A DNA stretch of 64,000 nt, filler included, from Sphacelaria rigidula (lineage: Eukaryota), in assembly GCA_964200075.2 (NCBI GenBank). It is 8 parts of 8 records of this genome, joined end to end, with 100 filler letters (N's around TTAATTAATTAA, not from the genome) between each part and the next. Parts side by side here need not be neighbours in the genome. Positions count along the whole stretch, not along the records: positions 40,071 to 47,984 come from CAXNAA020012994.1; positions 48,085 to 55,998 come from CAXNAA020012995.1; 6 more parts are not named here. One strand, 5' to 3'. The position numbers were made by a program, and so were the translations under genes. Numbering within the stretch: position 1 is the stretch's first letter; every line of letters starts with the position of its first letter. The notes under the pieces were generated by a model, which was not told the DNA's origin, did no database searches, and was given only the letters and a program-made list of their open reading frames with translations. Below are positions 40,128 through 53,429 of the stretch, in pieces.

Positions 40128-40169
40128 CAACAAATGAGTACGCCCCCCCCCCCTATCGTAGGATGACTC
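40128..40169 (-). mobile_element. Terminus of a GAGTCATCCTACGATAG(G)n element near the contig start
   Basis: atgagtacg(c)nctatcgtaggatgactc. Confidence 0.78.
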
Positions 40170-41840
40170 CTATGTTTTTTTCTTGTTTGTCGAAACATGC
40201 GGGATGAGATCGGCAGGGAAATGTGAACGCTCGTAAGCGTGCGCCTGATGATTGAGAAGGACATGGCGCTGTCTGTCTTTCATCGTCTACTCCATTATCT
40301 CGACAAACTACACAACTAACTTTCTGTGGAGTATGTGTCACAGGTACACTCGAACTTGAAGCGCGATGATGGTCTCTTGTTAGCTCCCCCCCCCCGTTTT
40401 ATGCACCCGTGTACAGTTTGAGTATTGGATTAAAGTTTGTCAAACATTAGCATCAACAATAATATAAAATATTATATAACTGTTGCTGGTTTTGTATTCG
40501 AATGTCACATCTGGTTTTTTATTTCAACAGCAATCGCAACTCGGCATATATACATATATTGATATATACGGTGTCATTTCGATTCTCCGTCGGGACATGC
40601 TTGTGACAGCTCAAAGTAGAACTCGAACGCTCGCACGTGATAACCGCTGCGGAGGACAGCGATTTTCCCTCCGTTGAACCGGCCTACACGGCGACAACAA
40701 GTGTACGCGAGCTGGTTAGCCAACTCGGCAGGAAGTGCACAGATTGCCGCCGACGGTGAAATGCCCTTGCGACCAGGGGTAGTTCAAGTCAGTACTTACC
40801 CATCAGCTCAAGCGGTCCTTCATCGCTACTGGCTCAGAATTCAGACTATCTCCGTGCGTACACAGGCGATCGAAGGCGACCATACGGCACAGTTGTAGGC
40901 TTGTTTTTTTCATGTCTGAGACGACTGTGTTGTTTCTGCGTGTTATAATCAAATACACGTTCTCATGACCGGTATTCGGAGGGGTTTCGGATTTTTATGC
41001 CCCATCCCCACTCCCCGGGTGACACGTGTTTGGAATCCGAAGAAACCTCGCCCAACGATGTTAATAGTATACGACGTATGTCTAGACGAAAACATGGCCA
41101 CCTCGATGCACCCGATCAGGATGACATCATCCCCCCCCCCCACCCCCTAAAGCACGGGTCGAAGTGGTGGTGTGCCGAGCTGTCCGGACTGCCGAGCCTG
41201 CTGCGAAGTTAAATGGGGGCGGGGTGATGACATGCGGTGGGTTGGGCGGATGTGGGGTCCTCTCGGCAGGCACCAGGACGCGTGATACTGTGAACGCTTT
41301 TGCGATCCAGCTGGCACTCGTGATTTTTATCGAGGGTTTTAATATTCGCTGAATGGGGGTAATCGTGGTTATTCACGTGAGGGGCGATTTGTGTGTTTGG
41401 CGGGGAGTTCTGAGTGACGTTTATCCAGTTGCTGTTGGCACCAACGTAACACACGCATTCACTTCGCGTGACAACCTCTTCATGCGCACACATAGGGGTG
41501 CGTAAAGAGTGCGTGAGGGTCGTGTCATACACCCAGGAACCCCGTTACTTGTTCCTTGCAACCGAATCCCCCATTCCCCTCTCCATCCTACCATGAGATA
41601 GTTCAGTCGCCCGTAACCCCTGCGCTGGATCAGACGGTTTTTTGCTCAGCCAGCACTCCTTCGCCCATTCAAATGAACACGGGAGTGAAGTGTGCCATGA
41701 AGAGACCATGCCTGGCTCGACCACCGGTGCGTGAGAGCTACCTGTAGAACGGTAAGGTACGGCATATTTGGTATGGCAGAACTGGCCAGGCTGCACGGGG
41801 CACGGGAGCGTTGTATAAGAGTCATCGACCAGAAGTTGCG

Positions 41841-42186
41841 GTCTTGCTTTATTGTGCAACCTCCATTTGAGATTTCACATCCCAGAGGGGGATATTCATC
41901 CGAGACATCTATCTGTAACATGAACTTCTATCGACATCCATGTGAGGAATCCCAGAGAAATATCCGGATCCCATAAGGATCTCCGAGATGAACATCTCAG
42001 ATGAACATCCCGAAGGGATGCCCATAACCCAGATTGATATCCATGTCCCGAATGGGTATCCCAGAGGGACATCCCATATCCAAGTCTCAGAGGAATATCC
42101 TGTATCAACGTCCCAAAGGGATGTCCCAAATGGGCATTATCTGAATTATCCTCATCCCAGATGGAGGTTGCACGATAATGCAAGGC
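41841..42186. mobile_element. MITE-like element with ~32-bp imperfect TIRs and internal catccc/gtccc repeats
   Basis: gtcttgctttattgtgcaacctccatttgaga versus the reverse complement gccttgcattatcgtgcaacctccatctggga. Confidence 0.65.
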
Positions 42187-43239
42187 TCCCCCAGAATTGG
42201 AACCATCGCACATGCTCTTTTTTTCGTTTCATGACGTTTATCCAAGGGGTATCGTCGTTCCCACGCATTGTTCATAGCAAGAAATATCTCGTTCCACAGC
42301 CGGAAGGAGTAAGGCACGACATATTCCAGGTGAAGAACTATTTGGTGCCAAAGTTAAGCAATATTTATTTTACCGTGGGATATTATCCAGGAAGGGGGGT
42401 TGTACACTCCTCACGGGTCTTACACTCGTAAGCTGCGGTAGGTAGCTTGTTTGTTTTCTGTGTGTGGGCAGAAGCCCACGGTATGAGGGAAATAATGCCA
42501 TAAGTTTGGGGAGCGCACTAACATCGCCCACACTGCCCACTTTCGAGATGCTGCCATTGGAATACGAAGCCTCATGTCGCATCTTGTAGTCCTGCATGCC
42601 ACATATCATCCCCCCGCTGAATACATGAAAACAGGTGTAATGCCTTAGCGCTCGGGCCATGCTTATTGGGCCCGCATCCTTCCAAGAATGCACGCGGCCA
42701 AGTCGATCGATATCGATGTTTGCGCATGTGTATGTTTTGCCCTTTCCCGTAGCACTCATCATTTGGCCATTTACTCCTCAACATCTGTTTCGGTTATTGT
42801 CCTTTGATTTGAACGAACCACTTGTCTTTGAAACATTTACAGGCTGGGCGAGGGGCAGGTCTTGCTGAACAAGCTCTCACGCAAAACCCCCATGCCCGAT
42901 GTGGAACTGAACATGTCCACGCGAGAGGTGGCCAAGATGCTGGAGCATGACACGGAATTTTCTAGAAAGGTTCTCCCGGACGCTCTATTCTCGGATGCTT
43001 TCAGGGACAACTAGCGCCCTGTTGACAAAATATTGCAAGATTCTCATTACAATATACTTGTGGTACAACCAATTGGTCTGGACAGTGAATTGCTTGTGTC
43101 GGAACCTCCATGTGTGGTGTATGAATGTGATGCATGTATACAGTGATGCGGCTGTTTACTCATGGTGCACTCAGTAGCTTCGGAGCGAGATACAGCACGG
43201 TTCAGACGGATCAGAGTTCATACGGGTTGACTCCCCATG

Positions 43240-44710
43240 ATCGTTGGATGCGAATCATGTACCAAAGAGTCATCCATTATGAATCACGGATGGTGAAGTT
43301 GTTCGTTCAAGGTGTTACCATACGAATCACGAACTGGGAATGTGTACACTCCAAGTAGTATCAGACTAATCAAAAGTGCAAAATGTGTACGAATCACAAT
43401 TGAGTGAATCATGGGTGGGCAACATGTACACTTGATTAATCTCGTGTGGATCGAAGGTGAGGAACGTGTACGTATGATTCATGCTGCATGAACGGAAGTT
43501 GGGAAACATGTACGCTTGGTATACCTCCTATGGATGGATGGCGGAGAACATGTACTTCTGATCCATGCTGCATGGACGGAAATTGGGAAACATGTACCTG
43601 TGATTCAATTCGTATGAATCGAAGGTGAAGAACGTGTGCACATGATTCATGTGTGCACATGATTCATGCTGCATAGATGAAAGGGGAGATACATGTACGC
43701 TCGATTCACCTCATATGAACGGAAGGCAGGAAACATTCATTATTTATTATTCATGCTCACGAACACAACGTAGAAAACATGCACACGTATCGCATGATCC
43801 ATGCTTAATGAGTCATGGGAAATGAACAGTGAGAAGAATCACTGCAGGCACGCAGATGCGTGCTGTACCATCCTGTACCGTACTCTCCGCGGACTATGGA
43901 GTGTACGCTGCCAGAGTCTTTCCGAAAACTCCCGCGAGCATGCGAGGACGACTCGCGATGGTGCTGGGTTCTTCGCAAGTGCTCGTGGTGTTGTTTACAG
44001 TATGTTCAGGTCGACTGCACCACAGAACACAACACGAAATCACAGACGCTTGTGAAAAGCATAGCTTGGGGGGGACAGGGGCTGGAAAAAACGCGATGGG
44101 TATGCAGAAGCGCGTGTTGTACTGTTATTGATGTGTTACGTATATGAGGGCATAATTCGAAATTGGGTTCATTGCGGATTTGCCTCTTGAGGAGTTCGCA
44201 ACCTGTACGCTCTTCTTCACCCCCCCCCCCCGACACACACCTGCAAAAGACACCGAGCACCGAAGAGTTGCGCCCCATTAAATGACGGGTGGGAAACAAC
44301 ATGTTCTCATGACTCATATCATATATATGAACAGAAGGTGGGGAGCATGTACACTTGATGCAACTCGTATGAGTGGAACGCAGGGAATATGTACGTATAT
44401 TCCTTCTGCATCATGAGTGGAAAATGGGGAACCCGTACGATTGATCCACCTCGTTTAACGGAAGGCGAAAATATATATCGAACGATTCATGCTGCATGGA
44501 CGAAAATTGGGAACCATGCAGGCTTGATCCACCTTGTATGAATGGAAGGTGGGGAACGTGTGCCGATTGGAGGGTTGGAAATGTGTACCTTCGATGGTGT
44601 ACCGCGCGAATCACGAACTGGGGATTTGTACACTCAAAGTAGTCTCGTACGAATCACGAACCCAAAACATGTACAAATTACAACCACGTTGTGTCCGAAT
44701 TGTCTGATTG
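43240..44710. repeat. Degenerate ~40-bp tandem array (..gggaacatgtac..gattcatgctgcatg..), split by ~500 bp of unrelated sequence (~43830-44310)
   Basis: Recurring gaacatgtac, gattcatgctgcatg and gaatcacgaactggga motifs in two blocks. Confidence 0.75.
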
Positions 44711-45266
44711 ATTCGTACAAATCTTGAATGTGAGTGGAATCACAATTTTGTTCGTCCGAACCGTAAAATACAGTGAGTGAAGTGTGGCTGTCTTGTCAGC
44801 GCTCGGGTTCAGTTCTGCGTTGACTAATCAGCGACATGAGCTTAGTAACAAGTGTGTAGATGGCATTCTGTGTTAGCGTCGCAGCATTGCGCTACAGTTG
44901 TTTGCCTGTGGCGTTTGCTTTGCGAATGAGCAGCCGAGACTACAGTTCGTGGGTTCACTTTTTTTTCACCACGTGTTTGTTTCTGCGGGATAATTGGCGG
45001 CATCAGGATGTGGGTAAGGGATGAAAGCGTATAGCGAGATCTGTGATTTATGGTTCGGGATTGAATGTCAAATATAATACGGACGGAATAGAAAAGTTCA
45101 CGCGGGATGGAGCGGATTGGTTATTACAGCCTCGTAGTGACGTCGAAGTTGGAGCAAGACATGGATTAAGGGTAGCTTCGTGGGACAACTCGTGGCATCT
45201 TGTACCGTAGGGGTTGTTTTCCTTGCCCTCCCCCCCTAAATCAGTAGTGATTTATTATGAAGTAAC

Positions 45267-45650
45267 GCCCTGGTGGCTCGGTTGTTAAGCTCGAAACCCT
45301 CTTGACGGTTGGGTTGTGGGTTCGAATCTCGGAGCGATCTGAGATTTTTTTCACACAATGCCCAACAGAAGAGAACGATCCTGTCGTCGGTACAAAAAAA
45401 TCGACTTGATCATCGACGAGGGAAAAGGCTTGCTGAACTCCACTCGAGATAAAAATAAAGACAAGCACCGCAAAAGGAAGGTGGAGACCTGGAACAAACA
45501 GAAACAAACAACTACCGTGTTGGCCATCCTCCTGTGTGACCCCGGCTGGTGCGCCCACGTATACTGAAAGGTGTACACCGACGTCCAGAATAGATGGGAC
45601 GACAAAACACAGCAATAACACAAGCGGATGCTGTGCCATCTTGCACTCAG
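45267..45650 (+). mobile_element. tRNA-derived SINE-like repeat, copy 1
   Basis: A-box tggctcggttg (45274) and B-box ggttcgaatct (45319); body shared with 46490-46852 and 52606-52705. Confidence 0.65.
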
Positions 45651-46489
45651 ATATTTGAGACGAACGAACGTGGACCCCACACGAAAAATGATTGGCGGAT
45701 GTGGTCAAGGAGGACACTTCGGGAGCATGACACCACACACGCTTCGTTTCAGTTGAATTTTACGGTTGTGTCAAGGCCGTGTATCTAAGTGTTGGGTATG
45801 AACACCTCCCGAATTCACCGGAGGAGTCAATTACATATCCCCATGAACACCTGAGCCCCTTGACACCGCAGGCGTATCTCTGGGACGATCCTTTTTTTCC
45901 GCCCTTGCTTCACAAAGAAACTTCACCGAACAGGGCAGGTCCACTGCAGGGGACGTGGCCGGATTTTGACCACGACATGTTACCGACGGGACGGCATGCA
46001 TCTATCTGATTTTGTGACAAGCTGCTGGAAGGCACCAAACCAGCAATACTGCACAGTAGCACCAGCTACTTTGGCGCGATGTTGAGTAAGCACGTGTCCC
46101 TTTGGGGGTGGTGCCCCCTCCCCTCTCCATGGTGAACAGGCCGATGGTCATACAACTTCCGAACCTAAAACGAGGTGCCCTGCTCCTTTACTGCATCGTG
46201 AAGCACGTTCTGGTATGTGGTGGATTCATTCTAGCAGTCCTGTAAATCACAAGGCGGGGGCTGCGGGGCATTCATCTAGAGCGTGTGCAGTCGGTAATCT
46301 CATCGACTTTTCCATCCACGTAAAAGTACCCCCATGGTGCGGCGGACAAATGGGACTACGTCTTCAACTCACGGTGTTGGTGGTGGTAATCATGGTGAAC
46401 AAAATCAAACAAGATATCACACGTACGTACCATGTGGCAGAATACTATGGAGAATATCAACTACGGCGAGTAGAAACTGTGACCGGTCG

Positions 46490-46852
46490 ACCCGGTGGCT
46501 CAGTGGGTAACCTCGAAACCTTCTGACGATTGGGTCTTGGGCTCGAGTGACAGTGGAGGCACACGATCTGAGAGTTTTTTGCACACCATGCCCAACAGTG
46601 GAGAGCGACTATTCACGCCGGGAGTACACATTCGACTTCACGGTCGACGAGGGAAAGGGACTGCTAAACCCCTCGCGATAACAAAAAAAAGAAAAAACAG
46701 GCAACCACTGCAAAAGGAAGGTGGAGTACTACATAAAATGAAAAATAAAATCTCCTGGGGGTTGACCTTCCTCCTGTGTGACCCCGGCTTACGCGCCTAC
46801 ATGCACCGAAGAACGGTGTAGACTGACGTCTAGATAAGATGGGATGGAACAC
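46490..46852 (+). mobile_element. SINE-like repeat, copy 2
   Basis: ggtggctcagtgg..ctcgaaacc..gatctgaga..atgcccaacag..cgacgagggaaa..caaaaggaaggtggag..cctcctgtgtgaccccggct..agatggga, colinear with copy 1. Confidence 0.65.
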
Positions 46853-47421
46853 AGAGGAAGCTCCCTAACAAACTTTGTCAGATATCATCACGTCCAGTTT
46901 GGAACAACTCTACAAATCTTGAGTACGAAGTAGTATGTTCCATATTCTAGAGCACGCGCCCGGAGTTGTTTCCCAGAGCAATTACTTCTGAAATCGACTC
47001 GTGCAAACGCTGAATGTGTCCGTTGTTGTGGCAGTCAAAAGCATGCTACTGAATGAAAGAGGTATGACTTGAATTCTAACGAATGGCATGGAACAAAACG
47101 TTTCCACGTCCGCCAAGGTGAACATCCCGTGCGTGCGGGACGAATGCCTTCCGCGACGGCCCTATCGGCCGATCCGGAAAGAAAAGATTGGTTGATCCTC
47201 ACTACAAATACCGTGTTTCATACATTTTATTCATCGCGAGGAGCGCTCATTGTCCAGGGCGGCATATTACGTATGTGTGGGCATATTGAGATTCGGGGGA
47301 CATGCAGACCCCACCTTATCCATGGAGGGGGCATATGAACACAAGTACCAGTCGAGGACGAATGTCTCTTCACTTTTGACTACACCAAGAGCAATTTCTC
47401 TTTCTGCTTGTGCCCACAGCC

Positions 47422-47673
47422 GACACTTTCTACGATAGCCCCCCCAAGAAGTGCATGGTTTCGGGAGGCAAAATCTTCACGTATATCGAGATGGAAAAGG
47501 CCGAGCTCACCGAGCAAGCAGCTGGGAACTCCCACGCTTGGGTTCGTTCTCGCCAATGTCGCCTCTATGAGGCGTTTCATGCAGCCTGAACCCAAACATC
47601 AGGCACCTTATGGCCAATATTTTCGTGACACTTTTGGGTTGGTTTTGGAGGGTGGGCTATCGTAAAAAGTGAC
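47422..47673 (+). mobile_element. MITE, 252 bp, TIR gacactttctacgatagccc, 4-bp TSD AGCC
   Basis: Right end gggctatcgtaaaaagtgac; agcc at 47418-21 and 47674-77; inverted homolog at 55700-55933. Confidence 0.82.
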
Positions 47674-47851
47674 AGCCCGCGCTCGAATCCCGGCTCGATC
47701 ATCGCGATGAGCTATAATCCGTCAGTGTGAAGCGGGCAGCAAAAACTCGAAAATTTAGTGGGGGCTGAACAAGCTTGGGTAACTCACGCGTGAAAAGCAT
47801 TTGAAATGACAGCGCAAGCACAACCTCACCGCTGGCAAGCGGAAACGCTGA

Positions 47852-47984
47852 GAGTCATCCTACGATAGGGGGAGGGTATTTTGGGCCATTTGTTGCTCCA
47901 AATTTCGAGTCAGATCGTCGTTGAAAACAGCAACGGTTGTTCAAACAAGCTTGATGTGGATTAATAACGCTCATCCGTACTGCC
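47852..47984 (+). mobile_element. Terminus of a GAGTCATCCTACGATAG(G)n element, cut by the contig end
   Basis: Matches the reverse complement of 16029-16089. Confidence 0.8.
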
Positions 47985-50248
47985 NNNNNNNNNNNNNNNN
48001 NNNNNNNNNNNNNNNNNNNNNNNNNNNNTTAATTAATTAANNNNNNNNNNNNNNNNNNNNNNNNNNNNNNNNNNNNNNNNNNNNGGGGGGGACAGGGCGT
48101 CGGGGGTGGCGGGGCAGGGGGAGGGGGGGGGGGGGGGTTGGTTGGTGAGGCAGTGGGGTGGTCGAGGCTGGTTCACAATTATACTGATCCATACTCCACA
48201 CAAATACCGTTGCCTTGGCGTTGCCCGAGCTCACGTGACGTGGATAATTGCGGTCTGCTTTCTGTTGTGCTGATCTCGTGCGACCGTGACACCGTGCGGC
48301 TTTTCTTTGTGCACAGCTTATGCATTGACAGAGAGCTCACAACGTGCACCTATCGCATGAGGAGGGGGCGTAGATCGGGGCTTTCAGGGAAGCGGTCATC
48401 CCGTTTACAACCGTCAACCGTCAGCGAACGGTTGGAGACGAAAGCAGCACCAACGACAATCGTGCACGTGTCGCAATCGTGCTCTACGAGCTATCCCAAC
48501 ATGAGTAGCCTGAAGAGGCGAGTCGACCAAAGTGCGCGGGGGACACACATACTGCTTGATGGCGTTTTGCTGTGATGTGTACACTTGTCGGCGGGCAAAC
48601 TGGGCGATGTTGTAATTGGGCAAACTGGGTGAATTATAGCGTACCGCCGTTTATCGCAGGGCACATTAGAGGCAAACTTTGAAGATCGGGGGACACTAGC
48701 ATCTGCTTCACATTCCAAAGTAAAATAAACGTTTCTGCACTCAATATTGAGTGACTTACAGGGTAACCGGTTGTCGGGGGTCCTATGACTACACAACCCC
48801 AGGTTCTGATTCTTCAGTATTTTGCTCGATTGACCAACTCCAGACCGTTCTGTCCCCCTGCAAGTTTGATCTTTTCATTGCGCTAGAACCGAAAAACTGT
48901 GCTTTTTTCATCAATGATGGTCAGTGACACCTCCTGATAAGCGAGATCTTCCCTCCGTATCACCCCGACAACACCAACCTGGGGATTGTGTCTTGAGCAC
49001 GACCTGTTTATTTTCCTAACGTCTATCGACTCTAGCGCTTTCGAGTGCTAAGGAATGATGATATGCGAGAAAGTGGAACGGAAAAAACAATTATAAAATT
49101 TGCTCGGTCTGCTACTATATGCAGTCGTCCGCACCGTGCGTTGCCGGTGTCTCCGCTTATCCAGGACTGAATGTGACATATGCTTTTACCTGAGAGCCCA
49201 GCGCTAACTGTGTGTATGTGTGCATGTGTGTTAGTCTGCTATCCTCACACGTGCGTTCTGACCATGACGCGTTGCGATCATGCTGTGGGTTTGCGAGCAA
49301 CTCTTTGCCAGCGTTCGGTTGTGTCTGTACACGACACCTGCGTGTTAGATGAACGTATCGTATGTATGTGTTCCTTGCAGGTGTCGGCTGAGTCCAAGCT
49401 TGGCTACTGGATTGGTTGGGACCGAGGAAAACATGCTTCTCACCGATTTCTACCGAAGTGCAGGCTTGGCGCCGCTATTCCCCCAAAGGTGCGATTTCTA
49501 CGTCGAAAGAATCCTGTACTCTCTTCATCCAACTAGCAAATGCCTGGCGTTGACTGTAGGTGCATGGTCTCACTCCACTACTGCGCGTATCCTGGTGTGG
49601 TGCTTGGCCGTATTCCAGTGTCATCCGCGAGGCTATGGTGTCCATATTGTCTTCCCCACTCTACGTGGGCGTCGATGGGACGGAGCCAACGGAAGGGATA
49701 CCCGCGACTTGTAGAGCTGCAACCACCGTAGCAGCGAAACGCTTTCTAACGGGTGGAGACATGACATCAATTGGGCCTGTCAACCTCAAGACTTGCAAGT
49801 TCTGGGCAGCTGTTGCTGCCGGCGGGGTACTGCGAGGACAGTCGGTGGAATCGGTAAGTGCTGACGGGGGCTGGATGGAGTAGTGGTGAACGTTACGGAC
49901 GGTCTCAAAAACCAATTCTTCATGATTTAACGGCATTTTACTGATACCTGAAAACTGATTCTTGCTCAATTCCTGAAGAAAAAACTATTTGAGTCCATGC
50001 ATAACTTTTTGTATTATGCTCCATTGGTTGTCCATACCAAGTTTCAGTGTCCAACTCTAGAGTAAACTACCCTATCACGGAACAGTACCAATTAAGGAAC
50101 CCTGTTTTTTAATCGCCCATAAGTCCGCGAAATATTAATCGCTTTCCATTCTGTGTTTTGCTGCGTGTGCACAAGAGCACGGCGCTTCTTTTGAGCTACT
50201 GCACGTGCCTTTTACATAAAAAAATACCACCCCACAGCACTGCGAATA

Positions 50249-51238
50249 ATGGCGTGTGTCTTTCTTCACAATCAGCCTTTTGGTCGATCGGCTGGTAAGC
50301 ATGCGAAGAGTGAGGCAGCAGAGGCCGTAGAAGCAGTACGTAGCGGTCGCATGACCTTCCATGCTACTGCCAAGACCTTTGACAATCTCGTTGCTTCGCT
50401 GCAGAAGCGTGCCACTGGTAGCATGGGCATAGCTGGCAGGGTTGGTCCGGGTACTGTACTGTCGAGTTAGGAAAAAAGTTCCATCGAAGATACGCTGAAA
50501 TTTGCCGCAGCTCGTCAACGGGCCTGAATAGAGATGGCCTGAAACAGGCGGTTATGGCCCTCTGGAGAAACAACCGACCGGTACCACAGGACCTGACAGT
50601 GGGCTCAGATCGAAAATGGCTCGACTTGTTCCTTCGGAGGCACCCGCGGTTAGGTGAGCGCAGCAACCGTATCTACAAGGCCGACAGGGTTGTGCGGCCG
50701 ACGAAGAAGATCACATGCCGGAGTTTTATGCGGCCTGCGAGGACTACGTGGAGAAGGAAAAGCTAGCAACCGACCACAAATGGAACACAGACGACACAGG
50801 TGCTTTTCTGTCTGTCAAGAACCGCTCCGTTTATGTGATACAACGCATGTGTTTAGAACTAGAGCCAGGGGCTGTTGCTGTGGAGTGGTGTTCGTCTGCC
50901 CTAAATCATGCTGCGTTTGAAACGGAATTATTTTCGCCGCATTCTTCGCCGACAAAGCACTTGGCGTTTGCCTGCTCATTGCTGGTTCGGCGTGTTCTGT
51001 TGATTGCCATTACTCTTTATAGAGGTCCTACCTATACTCTCTGTAGCGGTGTTACAAGTACCGCAGTTAGAGGTGGTGCCAGCATTGTGCACACCACCCA
51101 ATACTCGACGTACTACTCTGTACCTTGCCCCGACTCCCCCCCCCCCCCCCCCCCCCCGCCCCTACACCCGCCACTCGTGGATATCTTCGCCGTAGGTGTT
51201 ACCCCGACCAGGGCGTGGAAGGTCATCGCCGAGAAAGA
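50249..51238 (+). pseudogene. pogo/Fot1-like (Tc1/mariner superfamily) transposase relic, N-terminal part, with a putative intron at 50800-51195
   Basis: psq-type HTH (AVEAVRSGRMTFHATAKTF..SLQKR), GPGTVLS, CENP-B-type HTH (KWLDLFLRRHPRL) and first catalytic motif WNTDDTG, then GVTPTRAWKVIAEK after a phase-1 GT-AG intron. Stop at 50468 and two frameshifts. Confidence 0.75.
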
Positions 51239-52605
51239 TTCAGCGAGGTTTTCGCTGCTTGGCTTGCTCTGTTTCGTGCTCGCTGCTGTCTGCGAGCTAC
51301 GTCTGCCGTTCTCGTAGTCATTGTCGATTTTGGCGAGAATTTATGTGTAGGGGGGGGCGGGGGGGCAGCAAACGTGTTTCATTATAGCTCGGTCACATCC
51401 GTCGAACACCAAATGTTTGCGATAATTATGTCGAGACTAATTCCACTTGGTTGGGTAGCTCTAAACAAATAGATTGCCCTGTGTCCAGGGCGCTTCCAAT
51501 TTCAATGTATTTCGGTGTTTGGGACGTTGCCGTCTCGGATTTCGGCGGTGAACCCGGAGTGGTCTCGGCTGGGCCCTCTACTATATTGATGAAGGTCTGC
51601 CCGTAACTTCTTTTGTATTAACAAGTGGTATTTATCTCCTTACGGTAGGTATAGTGGAGGGACTAGTGGACTCGTTTCAGTACCAAAACGGCCAGGTATC
51701 ATGATGTAAATGCTCTGTTTTGTGTCTCGCGTTTGAACCACGTCTTGCATGCTAATGATAAAAACTACCTGTACTGCAGTATGGTTGCGTCCTTGCGTTC
51801 CTTGACAAAAGCTACACTCCCCGCGCCTCGTACACAGGTCATGATAACCAGAGCATGTTGGTGGCGTTTATTTCATGCATATCCGTTTTTGAACTGGTAC
51901 GGTATACTAGTTGGTACAGCACCTATCATGCGGCAGTACTAGATCGAAAAACTGGTTCCCCACAGCTCGAAGTACAACAACGATAGAGTCGCTGGCATCT
52001 CTTCTGCGTGCTTTCGAATAAAGCGTCATGAAACATGAGGAGCAATACTGTGACGGGCTGCCACAGGGGAGTACAACGCTGTAGTGCACAAGCGCGCTGG
52101 CACGGTGTCGGCAACATGGAAACGCTAGCGCGCGTGCTGCTCGCAAATAACGCTCTCCGCCAGTGTAACTTAATTCAGTGCGTTTTATTGAATTCAATGC
52201 AGAGATTACCCTTTGGATGTGGAGCCGATACTGTGTACCGACCGTGGCGTGACGCCTGCGGCGGTACTACCTGCTTACTACACGGCGGCAGGGTGCAGGG
52301 TGACAAAGCACACCGCAGAACGTCGCATCCTTAGCCTATCCCTGTCTTGCATTGATTTTGCGTTGTCCTATGCAGTTCGCCACATCATGAGTGCAGCCGT
52401 TGTATCGAGGTCAACGTGTACGCAGGATGTAAACCTCCTCGCCACTCGCTACATTGCTACATTGCTACGTCACATTTTGTAAAGCTGTCCGTCTTGCAGC
52501 TACAGCGTGCGTTTGCCCCAGGAGGCGCAGGCAGGAGTGAAAGGCCGCCTCCGCCGCCGTAATGGTTGCCTGTATCTTGGGCGAAACTGTATGGTGACGC
52601 AGTCG

Positions 52606-52705
52606 CGGCTGGTGCGCCCACATATACCGAAAGGTGGAGACCGGCGTCCAGAATAGATGGGACGACAACACACACAGCACACTCGACGTTGCGCAGTGCA
52701 CTTTC
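52606..52705 (+). repeat. 3' fragment of the SINE-like family
   Basis: ggctggtgcgcccac.tatac.gaaaggtg..accg.cgtccagaatagatgggacgacaa matches 45545-45606. Confidence 0.75.
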
Positions 52706-53429
52706 AACATCGTTTTTGTACTGTCTGTAGAAATCTCTTGTTCACGGTTGAGTACATTTCCATATATAACGCACGGTCTGGTACATCTCGACTTGTAATG
52801 AAACGGACGGTCTGGTACATTTCCACCTGTAGATGTACGTGATTTTACTCGGTGATATCGAGCAAAGTCACCTGCAAGCTCTGCTCCAGTGCACTGTAAG
52901 TTGATATCACTAGGAGGACACTACCATAACCATCTTGGCGGTTACCAGATTGTCACAGACTGTCAGGAGGTAGGATCCGCTAGCATTGCTACTGTCTGTA
53001 CGGAGGTGTTGCCCCCTTGTCAGGTACGTTTTGGAGCATGATACTCGATGTAGATCATCTTCGTACATCGACACCAAACGCCGGGGGTTCTTTCTTGAAG
53101 CTTCGATTTGGAGGATGATACTAGGTGGGCAGCGGCAACTGCAGTTTGTCCAGGTCCCCCTTGGAGCAGGATGCGTTTGGTGACCGTTTGACGAAGTTAT
53201 AAAAAAAAAAAATCGATAGGGGTTTTAGAGTGGAAAAATCTAGGATAAAAACTATCGCAAGGATCAGGTCGCAAGAATCCTAACGCGAAAAAACTACCGC
53301 ACGAATCCGATCGCAAGAATCCTGACGCAAAAACGGAGCCGCAAAAAACCACTTGGTCGAATTTTTACCCGCAGCAAAACCAACTTCACTTTGAGAAATT
53401 GGAACAGAAACCATAAGCTCTACGAACGT

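Noticed and set aside
42843-42965. Candidate downstream URC4 exon (RLGEGQVLLNKLSRKTPMPDVELNMSTREVAKMLEHD)
   Set aside because: Different contig, and it lacks the expected LTGL.EYRNGG and SDGTVF motifs.
45267-45345. tRNA gene
   Set aside because: A/B boxes are present but there is no convincing cloverleaf, and it is attached to a repeated body (SINE-like).
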